Positions 29,023 through 39,064 of a DNA stretch of 64,000 bases are shown here, piece after piece. Origin of the DNA: Candidatus Limnocylindria bacterium. Lineage in GTDB: Bacteria; Chloroflexota; Limnocylindria; QHBO01. Within the stretch, counting starts at the first letter, position 1; each line of letters begins with the position of its first letter. Location of the stretch: assembly GCA_038209995.1 (NCBI GenBank), contig JBBQXD010000006.1:35042-99041 (forward strand), read 5' to 3'. The position numbers and the translations under genes were made by a program. A model generated the notes under the pieces. That model saw only the letters and a program-made list of their open reading frames with translations, had not been told where the DNA came from and did not search any database.

Positions 29023-30333
29023 TCAGCGTGGCTGGACGGTGACGCGCAGCGAGCCGTCGGCCTGCTTGTCGACGGTGGCCCCGGGCTCGAGGGCCGTGAT
29101 CGCACCACCGAGGTCGAGCTCGCGGGGATGGGTCGCGCGGTACACGAACTCCCCGGTCGGGCCTAGGCTCAGGGTCACGGCGCGCACCGGCTCGAGGCGC
29201 TCCAGGCGCTGCTTGAAGGACGTGATGGCGCCAAAGCTGCCGAGCCCCTTCACCATGACCGCCGTGGCGACCTCGTCGCCGGCGTCGCTCGTCGGCGCGG
29301 GGGTGGTCGCCGTCGTCGGCTCAGGTCGCGCGTCGAGCTCTGCGAGCCGTTCCGCGAGCTGCGCGTCGCGGGCATGGTCGCCCGTCTCGGCCGCTGGTAC
29401 GGGGGCCTCATCGGCGGACGAGGTCGTAGCGGAAAGATCGCTGCTCGCGGCGTCGGCCTGCGGTGCCCTGGCTGCGCCACGATCGATGCCGAGCTGGGCG
29501 AGTCGCGCGTTCAGCGAGGCGGTCGGCGTCCCATTCGGGGTGCTGACCAGGGTCGCCGCGTCGGTGTCGAGCGCGGGCGGCTTCGGCATCCGTCGCGCGG
29601 CGGCGACGAACGCGGCCGGGTCGGCGATCGCCTCGAGCTGTGCAAAGAACGCCTCGAGCTCCTGCTCGTACGCGGTGACACGGCCGCGGACACCCTCGAC
29701 TTCGGCGGTGCTGCGCGTCTCGTGGTCGGCGACCTGCTGCTCGAGCTGCTGGCGACGGGCCTCGACCTTGCGGGCGGCCTCGGCGTTCACGCGCTCGATC
29801 TCAGCCTTCTCCCAGTCCCCGATGCCGCTCATGTCGAGGTCGGCCTTTCGGCGCAGCTCCTCGCCACGTTCCTTGTCACGCGCTTCGAGCTCGGTGATGC
29901 GGTCGTCGACCGCGGTGCGGAGCTCGGCGACGGACGTGACTCGCTCCTCGGCGGCCACCCCGCGCATTGCGGTCACGAGGCTGGCCAGGAAGTCGTCGCC
30001 GGCCGGCGGGGTCGCGTCCGCCGTGGGGGAGGCGGTTTCTGCCGCCGGCTCAGCGTCCCTGGTGTCGGGCGCCGCATCGCCGCCCTTCGCATCGGTCGCG
30101 TCGCTTGCAGCGATCGCGTCGGCCGTGGCAGGCGCTGCGGTGGGGTCGATCTCGGCCACCACCGTCTCACCGGCGGGCACAGCGGGGACGTCCGCGGTCG
30201 CGGTGCCGGCGTCTGACGTCGTCGCGTCGCTCGCGGTCGCGGTCGCGTCGGTGCTCGTGGTTTCCGGTGCCGTCTCGCCCGAGGTGTCGGACCAGGGAAG
30301 ATGGAAGCCAGGGCGACGGGTGGACTGGGTCAT
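29023..30333 (-). CDS. Hypothetical coiled-coil protein with a Thr/Ala/Asp-rich low-complexity N-terminal region.
   Basis: The ATG at 30333 (MTQSTRRPGFHLPW...) is the chosen start. The 647-aa track ORF is an extension across the divergent mscS gene. The central region is strongly coiled (ELEARDKERGEELRRK..., QQLEQQVADHETR...). The C-terminal part is conserved-looking (MVKGLGSFGAITSFKQRLERLEPVRAVTLS). Confidence 0.5.
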   Translation of the reverse strand: MTQSTRRPGFHLPWSDTSGETAPETTSTDATATASDATTSDAGTATADVPAVPAGETVVAEIDPTAAPATADAIAASDATDAKGGDAAPDTRDAEPAAETASPTADATPPAGDDFLASLVTAMRGVAAEERVTSVAELRTAVDDRITELEARDKERGEELRRKADLDMSGIGDWEKAEIERVNAEAARKVEARRQQLEQQVADHETRSTAEVEGVRGRVTAYEQELEAFFAQLEAIADPAAFVAAARRMPKPPALDTDAATLVSTPNGTPTASLNARLAQLGIDRGAARAPQADAASSDLSATTSSADEAPVPAAETGDHARDAQLAERLAELDARPEPTTATTPAPTSDAGDEVATAVMVKGLGSFGAITSFKQRLERLEPVRAVTLSLGPTGEFVYRATHPRELDLGGAITALEPGATVDKQADGSLRVTVQPR

Positions 30334-30477
30334 GGCCTCGGTTTCGTGCGGGTGGATGGCGGCCCGCGCTGCGGACAGGCCCGATCGTAGCCGGTCGACT
30401 CCCGGTCCCCGACTCCCCCAAGGTACCGGGACGCGCGCACCGATCGTACCCCGGGTGGCGTTGCTACCATCGCGGCG

Positions 30478-31374
30478 ATGGACAACCTCGTCCTGCCCAA
30501 CTGGGCGGTCACCGCGCTCCAGGTCGGGGGCGTGGTCCTCGTCGCGCTCGTTGCCTATCTCGTCCTGCGCTCCGCGGCGCGAGTTGGCGTCAGGCACCTC
30601 CTCGAACGCCGCGCCGGGGATGCCAGCGAGCTGCTGCCCGCACGCGAGCTCGAGCGCCGGGTGACGACGATCGAGCGTCTCACGCTGCGCGTCGGCGGCG
30701 CGACGCTGACGATCATCGCCCTGCTGATGATCCTCCGCCTGTTCGGGATCGACATCGGTCCGGCGGTCGCCGGCCTGGGCGTGGTGGGCATCGCGGTCGG
30801 CCTCGGTGCCCAGACCCTCATCAAGGACTGGCTGGCCGGGATCTTCATCGTGCTCGAGAACCAGTTCAGCGCCGGGGACGTGGTCAGCATCGCCGGTGTG
30901 GACGGCACGGTGGAGGACATCAGCCTGCGCCGCACGACGCTGCGCGACCTCGACGGCACGGTCCACAGCGTGCCGAACGGCCAGATCGCGGTGGCGTCAA
31001 ACCACACGCGCGTGTGGGCCCGCGTGAACCTCGACATCGGCGTGGCCTACGACGCGGACATCGAGCGCGCGACGGCGGTCATCGACCAGGTCGGCGCCGA
31101 CCTGGTCGCCGATCCGGCATGGCGCGACCGGCTCATCGAGACGCCGACCGTGGTACGGGTGAACGCGCTCGGCGAGGCCGGGCTCACGCTGAAGGTCTTC
31201 GGCCAGGTCCAGGCCGCCGAGCAGTGGGCGGTCGCCGGTGAGCTGCGGAAGCGCATCCTCGCGGCCTTCGCGCGCGAGGCGATCGAGATTCCCTACCCGC
31301 GGCGGGTCATGGTCACCCGTCAGCCGGCGGCAGCGGCGAGCGACGGCGAGCCGCCGGACGAGCCCGCCGACTGA
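30478..31374 (+). CDS. Small-conductance mechanosensitive channel (MscS family).
   Basis: Three transmembrane helices are followed by the MscS beta-domain signature (GDVVSIAGVDGTVEDISLRRTTLRDLDGTVHSVPNGQI). Confidence 0.8.
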   Translation: MDNLVLPNWAVTALQVGGVVLVALVAYLVLRSAARVGVRHLLERRAGDASELLPARELERRVTTIERLTLRVGGATLTIIALLMILRLFGIDIGPAVAGLGVVGIAVGLGAQTLIKDWLAGIFIVLENQFSAGDVVSIAGVDGTVEDISLRRTTLRDLDGTVHSVPNGQIAVASNHTRVWARVNLDIGVAYDADIERATAVIDQVGADLVADPAWRDRLIETPTVVRVNALGEAGLTLKVFGQVQAAEQWAVAGELRKRILAAFAREAIEIPYPRRVMVTRQPAAAASDGEPPDEPAD

Positions 31375-31377
31375 GAA

Positions 31378-31926
31378 TCAGCCGGGGACGGCGGAGGGGT
31401 CGTCGCGGCGCAGGAGGATCCCCAGGTAGCCCTTCCACGGCCCGACGTCGGTGTCATGCGAACCGGCGAGGCCGGCGTAGATCTGGCCGATGTGATCGAG
31501 GTCGTGGACCGCCCACGCGGCGAGCAGCTCGCGGAGTGTCACCTCGCCGAGCGCCGGATGCATCCCCCGTCGATCGAGGTCTCCCTCGGCCACGAGCGTG
31601 ACGAGGCGTGCGAGATTCGCCGTCCGCAGCTCCGCGAAGCGGTCGACCAGCTCGTCGAGCGGGACGCCCGCGTCGCGCTCGTGCATCGCGAAACGCTCGA
31701 AGCGGTCGAACGGCAGCGCGGTGCCGTGCTCGAGGATGCGCTGGGTGCGAGTCATCCAGTCGCTCAGCTCGCCGCTGATGAGGTGCCCCACCACATCCCG
31801 CGGCCGCCACCCGTCGGCGACGTCGGGGGTATCGGTCCAGGCAGCCGGAAGGCGATGGAGCTGGGTGCGCAGGAGATCCGGGGTGCGGGCGAGGAGGTCG
31901 ATCGTCTCGGAGAGGAAGCCGCTCAT
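31378..31926 (-). CDS. DinB/YfiT-like (DinB_2) metal-dependent protein.
   Basis: The 182-aa protein has the His-containing four-helix pattern (HLISGELS..., HDLDHIGQI). Confidence 0.6.
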   Translation of the reverse strand: MSGFLSETIDLLARTPDLLRTQLHRLPAAWTDTPDVADGWRPRDVVGHLISGELSDWMTRTQRILEHGTALPFDRFERFAMHERDAGVPLDELVDRFAELRTANLARLVTLVAEGDLDRRGMHPALGEVTLRELLAAWAVHDLDHIGQIYAGLAGSHDTDVGPWKGYLGILLRRDDPSAVPG

Positions 31927-31946
31927 GGCGTGCGGATCGCTCGTGG

Positions 31947-33257
<1,311 letters not shown>

Positions 33258-33326
33258 CGGACGGCGATGGTAGCACGGCGCCGGGAGTACTCCCCGCTCC
33301 GGCGAAGGTCGTGGGATTCTTTTCCG

Positions 33327-33842
33327 GTGACTGCCCGCATCACCCTGTCGCACGTCGAGACCGACCTCGGACCGATGATCGTCGCGAGCTCGCGCCGCGG
33401 GGTGGTGGCCGTCGGAGCCGGCACCGACGAGGCGGCGCTCCTGGGCGGCATCCTCAGGCGCATGCCGGCGGCGGAGGTGGTCGCCGGGCGGGGCGGCGAG
33501 GGGGCGTGGCTCGTCGGCTGGGCAGCCGGACGGCGCCACGAGGGGCCGGTCCTGGATCTCGGCGGGCTATCCGCCTTCGACGCCGATGTGTACCGGTTCG
33601 TGAGTGCCGTCGGCTGGGGCGAGCGGGTGACGTATGGCGACGTCGCGGCCGGGATCGGGCGGCCGGGTGCCGCGCGGGCCGTCGGCGGCGCGATGGGCCG
33701 TTGCCCGCTCTTTCCGGCCATTCCCTGCCACCGCGTCGTGCGCGCCCTCGACGGCTGGAGCGGCTGGGGCCGGAACGACGCCCTCAAACGGTGGCTGCTT
33801 GCGCGCGAGCAGGTCGTGGAGGCGACGTCGGCCCGTGCTTGA
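33327..33842 (+). CDS. ogt: Methylated-DNA--protein-cysteine methyltransferase.
   Basis: The active-site motif PCHRVV is present, with a GTG start at 33327. The 486-aa track ORF is a spurious upstream extension antisense to clpX. Confidence 0.75.
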   Translation: MTARITLSHVETDLGPMIVASSRRGVVAVGAGTDEAALLGGILRRMPAAEVVAGRGGEGAWLVGWAAGRRHEGPVLDLGGLSAFDADVYRFVSAVGWGERVTYGDVAAGIGRPGAARAVGGAMGRCPLFPAIPCHRVVRALDGWSGWGRNDALKRWLLAREQVVEATSARA

Positions 33843-33864
33843 CCGGCCCTGAAGGGCGCCTGAC

Positions 33865-34530
33865 CTACTTTTTCTTGGCGTCCGCCTCCGCGGCCGCTTC
33901 GGCCTCCGGCATCTTGCCGCCCGCCGCCTGGGTCATGCTGATGAGCGACTCGGTGTTTCCCACGAAGACCTCGTCGACGAGGCCGTAGGCCTTCGCCTCC
34001 TCGGCGCTCATGAAATAGTCGCGCTCGGAATCCTTCTTGACCTTCTCGAACTCCTGACCGGTGTGCTCGGCGAGGATGTGCATGAGCCGATCGGTCAGGT
34101 GAAGCATCTCGCGCATCTGGATCTCGACGTCCGGCGTGTTGCCGCGGAAGCCGCCGGAGCCCTGATGGATCATGATCCGCGCGTTCGGCAGCGCATAGCG
34201 CTTGCCGGTCGCGCCGGCCGCGAGCAGGACCGCGCCCATCGAGGCCGCCTGACCGATGCAGATCGTGCTCACGGGCGCCTTGAGGTAGCGCATCGTGTCG
34301 TAGATCGCCAGCCCTGCCGTCACCACGCCGCCGGGCGAGTTGATGTAGAGGCTGATGTCCTTCTCCTGGTCCTCGCTCTCGAGGAACAGGAGCTGGGCCA
34401 TGATCAGGTTGGCGACGTGATCCTCGATCGCGTCACCTAGGAAGATGATCCGGTCCTTGAGGAGCCGGGAGTAGATGTCGAACGCGCGCTCACCGCGTGC
34501 GCTCGACTCGATCACCATCGGGACGAGCAT
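33865..34530 (-). CDS. clpP: ATP-dependent Clp protease proteolytic subunit.
   Basis: The start is the ATG at 34530 ([24 protein letters not shown]). The catalytic Ser region is GQAASMGA, and the conserved His (IMIHQ) and Asp are present. Confidence 0.9.
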   Translation of the reverse strand: MLVPMVIESSARGERAFDIYSRLLKDRIIFLGDAIEDHVANLIMAQLLFLESEDQEKDISLYINSPGGVVTAGLAIYDTMRYLKAPVSTICIGQAASMGAVLLAAGATGKRYALPNARIMIHQGSGGFRGNTPDVEIQMREMLHLTDRLMHILAEHTGQEFEKVKKDSERDYFMSAEEAKAYGLVDEVFVGNTESLISMTQAAGGKMPEAEAAAEADAKKK

Positions 34531-34534
34531 CGGT

Positions 34535-35899
34535 CTAACCGGACTCCTTGGCTGATTCAGGCTCGGGCATCGCCGGGGCCGGAGGGGCCTCGGCGGGGGC
34601 GTCATCGGTCCCGATCGCGCGGTCGATGAGCGTCTCGACGAGTGTACGGTTGCGGAGCGTCATGCGCAGGTAGGAACGGCCGCGCCGGCTCGAGAGCGAC
34701 TCCCGGAGCCGCTGATCGTCGCCGTAGCGCTCGAGCTGGGCGCCGATCTCGGCGTCAATCTCGGCGTCGGAGGCGTCGATCGCCTCCTTCTCGGCGATCG
34801 CCGACAGCACGAGCAGTGTCTTCACGCGCCGCGTGGCGGGATCGCGGAGCTCCGCCATCAGCTCCTCGGGGGTCTGCTTGCTGAGCGCGAGGTACTGCTC
34901 GAGGCCGATCCGCTGCTGGGCGAGCCGGTTCGTCAGCTCGTCGCGCATGATCTCGACCTCGTTGGCGATCATCACCTCGGGCAGCGCGACGGTGGCGTTG
35001 CTCACCGCGAAGTCGATGATCCGATCGCCGAAGGCGTGGCGCGCCTCGGCCAGGTTGCGCTGCACGAGCGCCTCCCGGATCTCGGTGCGCAGGCCATCGA
35101 CGGTCTCGACGTCGCCGACGCTCATCGCCCACTCATCGTCGACCTCGGGCAGGATCTTCTCCCGCAGGTCGAGCAGCTCGACGTTGAAGTGCGCCTGTTT
35201 GGAGCGGAGCTCCTCCACCCGGTAGTCCTCGGGGAAGGTGATGTCGAACTCGCGCGTCTCGCCGACATGCATCCCCACCAGATGCTCCTCCCAGCCGGGG
35301 ATCATCCGCCCCTCGCCGATGACGAGCGGCAGGCGGTCGGCGCTGCCGCCTTCGAACGGCTCGCCATCGATCGTGCCGGCGAACTTCAGCGCCGCCATGT
35401 GGCCATTCGCGGCTGCCGCGCCGTCGAGCGGACGGAGCGTGGCCTGGCTCTCCCGCAGCTCGGCGATGACCGCATCCACGTCCCCCTCGGTCGCCTCCGG
35501 CGTCTCGAGCCCGAACGGGTACTCGCCGTACGAGCCGAGCTGCACATCGGGGCGCACCGCGACCGTGGCGGTGAAGGAGACCGCCTGGCCCTCGGCAACC
35601 GTCGACGGATCGAGATCGACCGCCGGGTGGTCGAGGGGGATGACATCGGTCTGGTTGAGCGCGTCGTCGTAGGCGGCGTTCACCAGGTGGTCGATGGCTT
35701 CGGCCAGCACGCTGCCACGACCGACGAAGCGGTCGATGACGTGGCGCGGCGCCTTCCCCGGCCGGAATCCCGGCACTCGGGTCTGCTCGGCAAGGTGCCG
35801 GTAGGCGGTGGCGAAGTGGCGATCGACCTCGTTGGGGGGGACCTCGATCTCGAGGATCACCTTCGATCCGGGTTCCGGTCGCGTGGATACGGTGACCAA
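34535..35899 (-). CDS. tig: Trigger factor.
   Basis: The 454-aa protein has an N-terminal ribosome-binding domain (GFRPGKAP), a PPIase middle domain and a C-terminal arm. It is in the canonical tig-clpP-clpX order. Confidence 0.9.
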   Translation of the reverse strand: MVTVSTRPEPGSKVILEIEVPPNEVDRHFATAYRHLAEQTRVPGFRPGKAPRHVIDRFVGRGSVLAEAIDHLVNAAYDDALNQTDVIPLDHPAVDLDPSTVAEGQAVSFTATVAVRPDVQLGSYGEYPFGLETPEATEGDVDAVIAELRESQATLRPLDGAAAANGHMAALKFAGTIDGEPFEGGSADRLPLVIGEGRMIPGWEEHLVGMHVGETREFDITFPEDYRVEELRSKQAHFNVELLDLREKILPEVDDEWAMSVGDVETVDGLRTEIREALVQRNLAEARHAFGDRIIDFAVSNATVALPEVMIANEVEIMRDELTNRLAQQRIGLEQYLALSKQTPEELMAELRDPATRRVKTLLVLSAIAEKEAIDASDAEIDAEIGAQLERYGDDQRLRESLSSRRGRSYLRMTLRNRTLVETLIDRAIGTDDAPAEAPPAPAMPEPESAKESG

Positions 35900-35951
35900 G
35901 TCAGCTCCTGTGCTGCGCGGCTCGCGCCGCGATGTGGACGGTTGGGGGCAG

Positions 35952-36035
35952 GTGGTGGGCGAGGCGAGATTCGAACTCGCACGTCTTGCGACACCGGCTC
36001 CTAGGGCCGACGCGTCTGCCGTTCCGCCACTCGCC
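35952..36035 (-). tRNA. tRNA-Leu, class II with a long variable arm; the anticodon is probably UAG.
   Basis: The reverse complement reads GGGCGAGTGGCGGAACGGCAGACGCGTCGGCCCTAGGAGCCGGTGTCGCAAGACGTGCGAGTTCGAATCTCGCCTCGCCCACCA. It has a perfect 7-bp acceptor stem, a GTTCGAATC T-loop, and an encoded CCA. The anticodon loop reads CCUAGGA, which has C rather than U at position 33, so the anticodon assignment is tentative. Confidence 0.65.
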
Positions 36036-36076
36036 CGTGGGATGCGCGTGGGAGAGTGGCAAGTCTACCCGCCGAG

Positions 36077-36769
36077 CTAGCGCTCGCGCGAGCGCGCGCT
36101 CATCCCCGAATAGTCCTGGCGCCCGGCATCGTCAGCAGTCGCGGCTCCCACGCGCGGGACGTGGGGACGGGTGACGACGTCCTTCGCAGTCCTGGAGGCC
36201 GGCTCCGCGGCGCCACCCGCGGTCCCGGCTGCGTCGAGCGGCGCGCTGCCGCTCGGCGGCTGACCGGACAGGAACCGCTCGACGAGCCTGCGGCCGGCGG
36301 CCGCGGCAACGATGGTGGCGATCGCCTCGAAGGCCTTCCAGCCGCTGCGCGCCGGACCGGGCGGCCCGTCCGCCATCGCCTTCGCAAGCTCCTTGCGCGC
36401 CTTCCGGTTCTTCAGCGGCTCCTGGCGCCAGCGGGTCAGCTCCGCGGCAAGCGCCTCGCGCGCATCCGCGGCGCGCGGCCCGACGCCGCCGGCAAGGGTG
36501 TCCACCCAGGACTGGAGCGGCTTCGGAAGCGCGTCGTACGTCTTCTCCGGCTTCGAGCGGAAGAGGCGTCGCCGCGCGAGGCGGGCGACCTTCACCGGCC
36601 CGCCGGCGAGCAGGAACGCGGCCCCGGCGCCGATCGCCGCGAAGGCCGCCGGGTTCTCCTTGAGCCGCATGCGAAGGTCCAGGCTGTCGCGGAGCTGGGC
36701 CGCGGTACGGTCCAGCTGCGCGCGATGCGCCTCGACCGCTAGCCGCGCTTGATCAGGCGTTTCGCCCAC
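36077..36769 (-). CDS. DUF3618-like protein with a central transmembrane segment; start uncertain.
   Basis: The sequence AQLDRTAAQLRDSLDLRMRLKENPAAFAAIGAGAAFLLAGG resembles actinobacterial DUF3618 proteins that accompany holin-like genes. Candidate starts are the GTG at 36769 or the ATG at 36670. Confidence 0.4.
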   Translation of the reverse strand: MGETPDQARLAVEAHRAQLDRTAAQLRDSLDLRMRLKENPAAFAAIGAGAAFLLAGGPVKVARLARRRLFRSKPEKTYDALPKPLQSWVDTLAGGVGPRAADAREALAAELTRWRQEPLKNRKARKELAKAMADGPPGPARSGWKAFEAIATIVAAAAGRRLVERFLSGQPPSGSAPLDAAGTAGGAAEPASRTAKDVVTRPHVPRVGAATADDAGRQDYSGMSARSRER

Positions 36770-37143
36770 GCGATGTCCTCCTTGACCGATGCGATGGTCT
36801 GCTCGGGCTTGACCTTCACCTGCCGCATCTGCCGCATGCCGCGCCACACGAGGAGGGCGGCGACGACGACGAGGACCACGAGCAGGAGGAGGTCGACCCA
36901 CCACAGGCCGAGCACGAAGAGCGCCGCCACGATCGTGGCGAGCAGCATGATGATGAAGACGAAGCCAATGGCGGCCGCCACCGCGAGGCTGATGGTGCCG
37001 CCCTTCACGTGGCCGAGTGACTCGGCCATCTCGGCGCGCGCCTGGCGCACCTCGAGGCTGACGAGCGTGCGCACGCCGCCGATGAGCTCGCGACCGAGCG
37101 TGAACGCGCTCTTGCGCCGAGGAACCGGGCCGGGATCGGTCAT
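36739..37143 (-). CDS. Putative holin-X-like (phage_holin_3_6 superfamily) small membrane protein.
   Basis: The ATG at 37143 (MTDPGPVP...) is the chosen start. The protein has two adjacent transmembrane helices (LAVAAAIGFVFIIMLLATIVAALFVLGLWWVDLLLLVVLVVVAALLVW) followed by a charged tail. This is the typical actinobacterial 'holin-X' layout. Confidence 0.5.
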   Translation of the reverse strand: MTDPGPVPRRKSAFTLGRELIGGVRTLVSLEVRQARAEMAESLGHVKGGTISLAVAAAIGFVFIIMLLATIVAALFVLGLWWVDLLLLVVLVVVAALLVWRGMRQMRQVKVKPEQTIASVKEDIAWAKRLIKRG

Positions 37144-37304
37144 GACACCTTTCGCGTGCGGGTTGTCGCGATCTGGGTGGGATCGCTGCGGGGCCCCTGT
37201 GCGGCCGTCGCCATGGGCGGCCGATTCTACCAAGTGCATGGCGAGTGCCAGCCGATGAGGCCCTCCGGGCGGTCGACGGCGGCGGCGGCTATCCTTGCGC
37301 GCCA

Positions 37305-37955
37305 ATGGCCAAGCGACGTCGGACGCAGCAGATCCAGCGCCGGACGCGCGCCAGCGACCAGGCGATGAGCCGGCCGCTGCGCGCGTCCCGCGGCTTCGAC
37401 CCCCGCCTGCTGATCGTGGGCGGCGTCCTGGTGGTGGGAGTGATCATCATCGTCCTGGCGCTCGTCGTGTTCAGCAAGCCGGACGCCAGCCTCGGCCTTC
37501 CGCAGCCGGACAAGGGCGGACAGCACGTGGTCGACGGGACCGATGTGCGCGCCTCGAACCCAGACGCCTACGGGTCGCTGCCGGCGACCTCCGGTCCGCA
37601 TTGGGGCAACACCCCGGACCAGTGGGGTGTCTACACCACGCCACAGCCGGAGTCGCAGGTCGTCCACAACCTCGAGCACGGTGGCATCGTGGTCTGGTAC
37701 CAGCCCGACCAGCTCGACGCGGCGAGCCTCGCTCAGCTGACCGCCTGGGCGGATCAGCAGCTGCGTGGTCCCCAGTTCAAGATCATCCTCTCACCATGGT
37801 CCGGCGCCGACTTCGGCCATCCGATCGCGGTCACGGCCTGGAACTACCTCCTCTACCAGGACACGCTCGACATCGGTCTGATATCGAGCTTCGTCCAGGC
37901 CCACTACCAGCGCTCGCCGGAGCCCAACGGCGGCCCGGCGCAACCGGCGCTCTGA
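37305..37955 (+). CDS. DUF3105 domain protein, membrane-anchored.
   Basis: The conserved core is HNLEHGGIVVWYQP...ILSPW. There is an N-terminal transmembrane helix. The start is ambiguous among 37245, 37305 and 37365. Confidence 0.6.
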   Translation: MAKRRRTQQIQRRTRASDQAMSRPLRASRGFDPRLLIVGGVLVVGVIIIVLALVVFSKPDASLGLPQPDKGGQHVVDGTDVRASNPDAYGSLPATSGPHWGNTPDQWGVYTTPQPESQVVHNLEHGGIVVWYQPDQLDAASLAQLTAWADQQLRGPQFKIILSPWSGADFGHPIAVTAWNYLLYQDTLDIGLISSFVQAHYQRSPEPNGGPAQPAL

Positions 37956-38006
37956 TCGGCACGGGCTCGGTTGACCCGTGCGGCGCGCCACGGCATCATC
38001 TTTCGC

Positions 38007-38082
38007 GGGCGACTAGCTCAATTGGCAGAGCAAGAGACTCTTAATCTCTAGGTTCAGGGTTCGAGTCCCTGGTCGCTCACCA
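38007..38082 (+). tRNA. tRNA-Lys (anticodon CUU).
   Basis: The sequence is GGGCGACTAGCTCAATTGGCAGAGCAAGAGACTCTTAATCTCTAGGTTCAGGGTTCGAGTCCCTGGTCGCTCACCA. It forms a complete cloverleaf with a 7-bp acceptor stem, a GCTC/GAGC D-stem, an AGAGA/TCTCT anticodon stem with loop CUCUUAA, the T-loop TTCGAGT, and an encoded CCA. Confidence 0.85.
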
Positions 38083-38091
38083 CCATCGCAA

Positions 38092-38126
38092 GCACAAAAG
38101 CCCCCTCGGCCGTCATCGGCGAGGGG
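38092..38126 (+). terminator. Rho-independent terminator downstream of tRNA-Lys.
   Basis: The sequence AGCCCCCTCGGCCGTCATCGGCGAGGGGG forms a GC-rich hairpin that is followed by TTTCT. Confidence 0.5.
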
Positions 38127-38173
38127 GTTTCTGTCGCAAACGGCAAGGTTGGCTGCAAGGTCTCTCCGCTAGG

Positions 38174-38584
38174 GTGGGCGACAAGTCCGGGAGCGCGGAG
38201 CGACTGCCCCGCCCGCCGCCTTCCGGAACTTCGGGGAATCGAACATTGGCCGTCGCCCAGATCCATGGCAAGCAGTTCCGTGAGTGGCTCGCGCAGCAGA
38301 TGCTCGCGCGAAGAATCAGTCAGCGGGCGCTCGCCTTCCGGAGCGGCGTCAACCACTCGACGGTCTCACGGCTCCTCACCACCGACCGCACGCCGTCGCT
38401 CGAGACCGCCGGGCGCCTCGCCGCCGCGCTCGGCGTGGCGCTGCCCTCGTTCATCGGCAGTGCCCGGGCACCGGCCCCACCGGAGGTCGTCCGCCAGACG
38501 CTCCTGGACCTCGGCCTGACCTGCGGCGAGGTGGAGATGATCCTCGCCGCCTACCGGCGCCGGCACCTTCGCCCGACCGGCTAG
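38174..38584 (+). CDS. XRE-family helix-turn-helix transcriptional regulator.
   Basis: The HTH_XRE signature is ISQRALAFRSGVNHSTVSRLLTTDRTPSLETAGRLAAALGV. The real start is probably internal (the GTG near 38252 or the ATG near 38300). The gene lies next to the tRNA-Lys gene. Confidence 0.5.
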   Translation: MGDKSGSAERLPRPPPSGTSGNRTLAVAQIHGKQFREWLAQQMLARRISQRALAFRSGVNHSTVSRLLTTDRTPSLETAGRLAAALGVALPSFIGSARAPAPPEVVRQTLLDLGLTCGEVEMILAAYRRRHLRPTG

Positions 38585-39064
38585 GACAAAAGGCCGAGGG
38601 CCTCAGGGTCCGAAGCGGAGCGAGGCGATCACCGCGCGGAACTCCTCGTGAACGCGTCGACGCCGGGAATCGTCGGGTGGGGCGCGCCGGACCGTCCCAT
38701 GCTTCGCCGGCACCGGAAGATGTCCACCCCTGCGGGAGGGTGATCGAATACCCATACCGGGCTGACACATGCCGGTCGCCACAGGCCGCGGGCGTGGGCA
38801 AAGGGACGATACCGGGATCGATGCGCCGCTCGGGGCGGCGCACGCGGTCAGCACCGTCAGGAGAGCCCCGATGAGGCCCAGAGAAACGGCCGCCCGTGTG
38901 CGACCAAGGGCTGGCGCGATCACAATGGTTCTGCGACCGGGCTCGGATCGGTGCATGCTACGCCCCGTGCGAGCGACGGGCACCGCCACGCTTCAGTCGC
39001 ATAAGCCGCGCAATGCTAGGCTCGCGTCCCCGATCGTCCCACCACAGGTCGCCAGGAGGTACGA

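Noticed and set aside
38603-38989. A 128-aa minus-strand ORF with a possible lipobox (LTAC).
   Set aside because: It has an abnormally long charged N-region before the hydrophobic core, no Shine-Dalgarno sequence, and overlaps a competing plus-strand ORF. I left it uncalled. It may be a degraded remnant.
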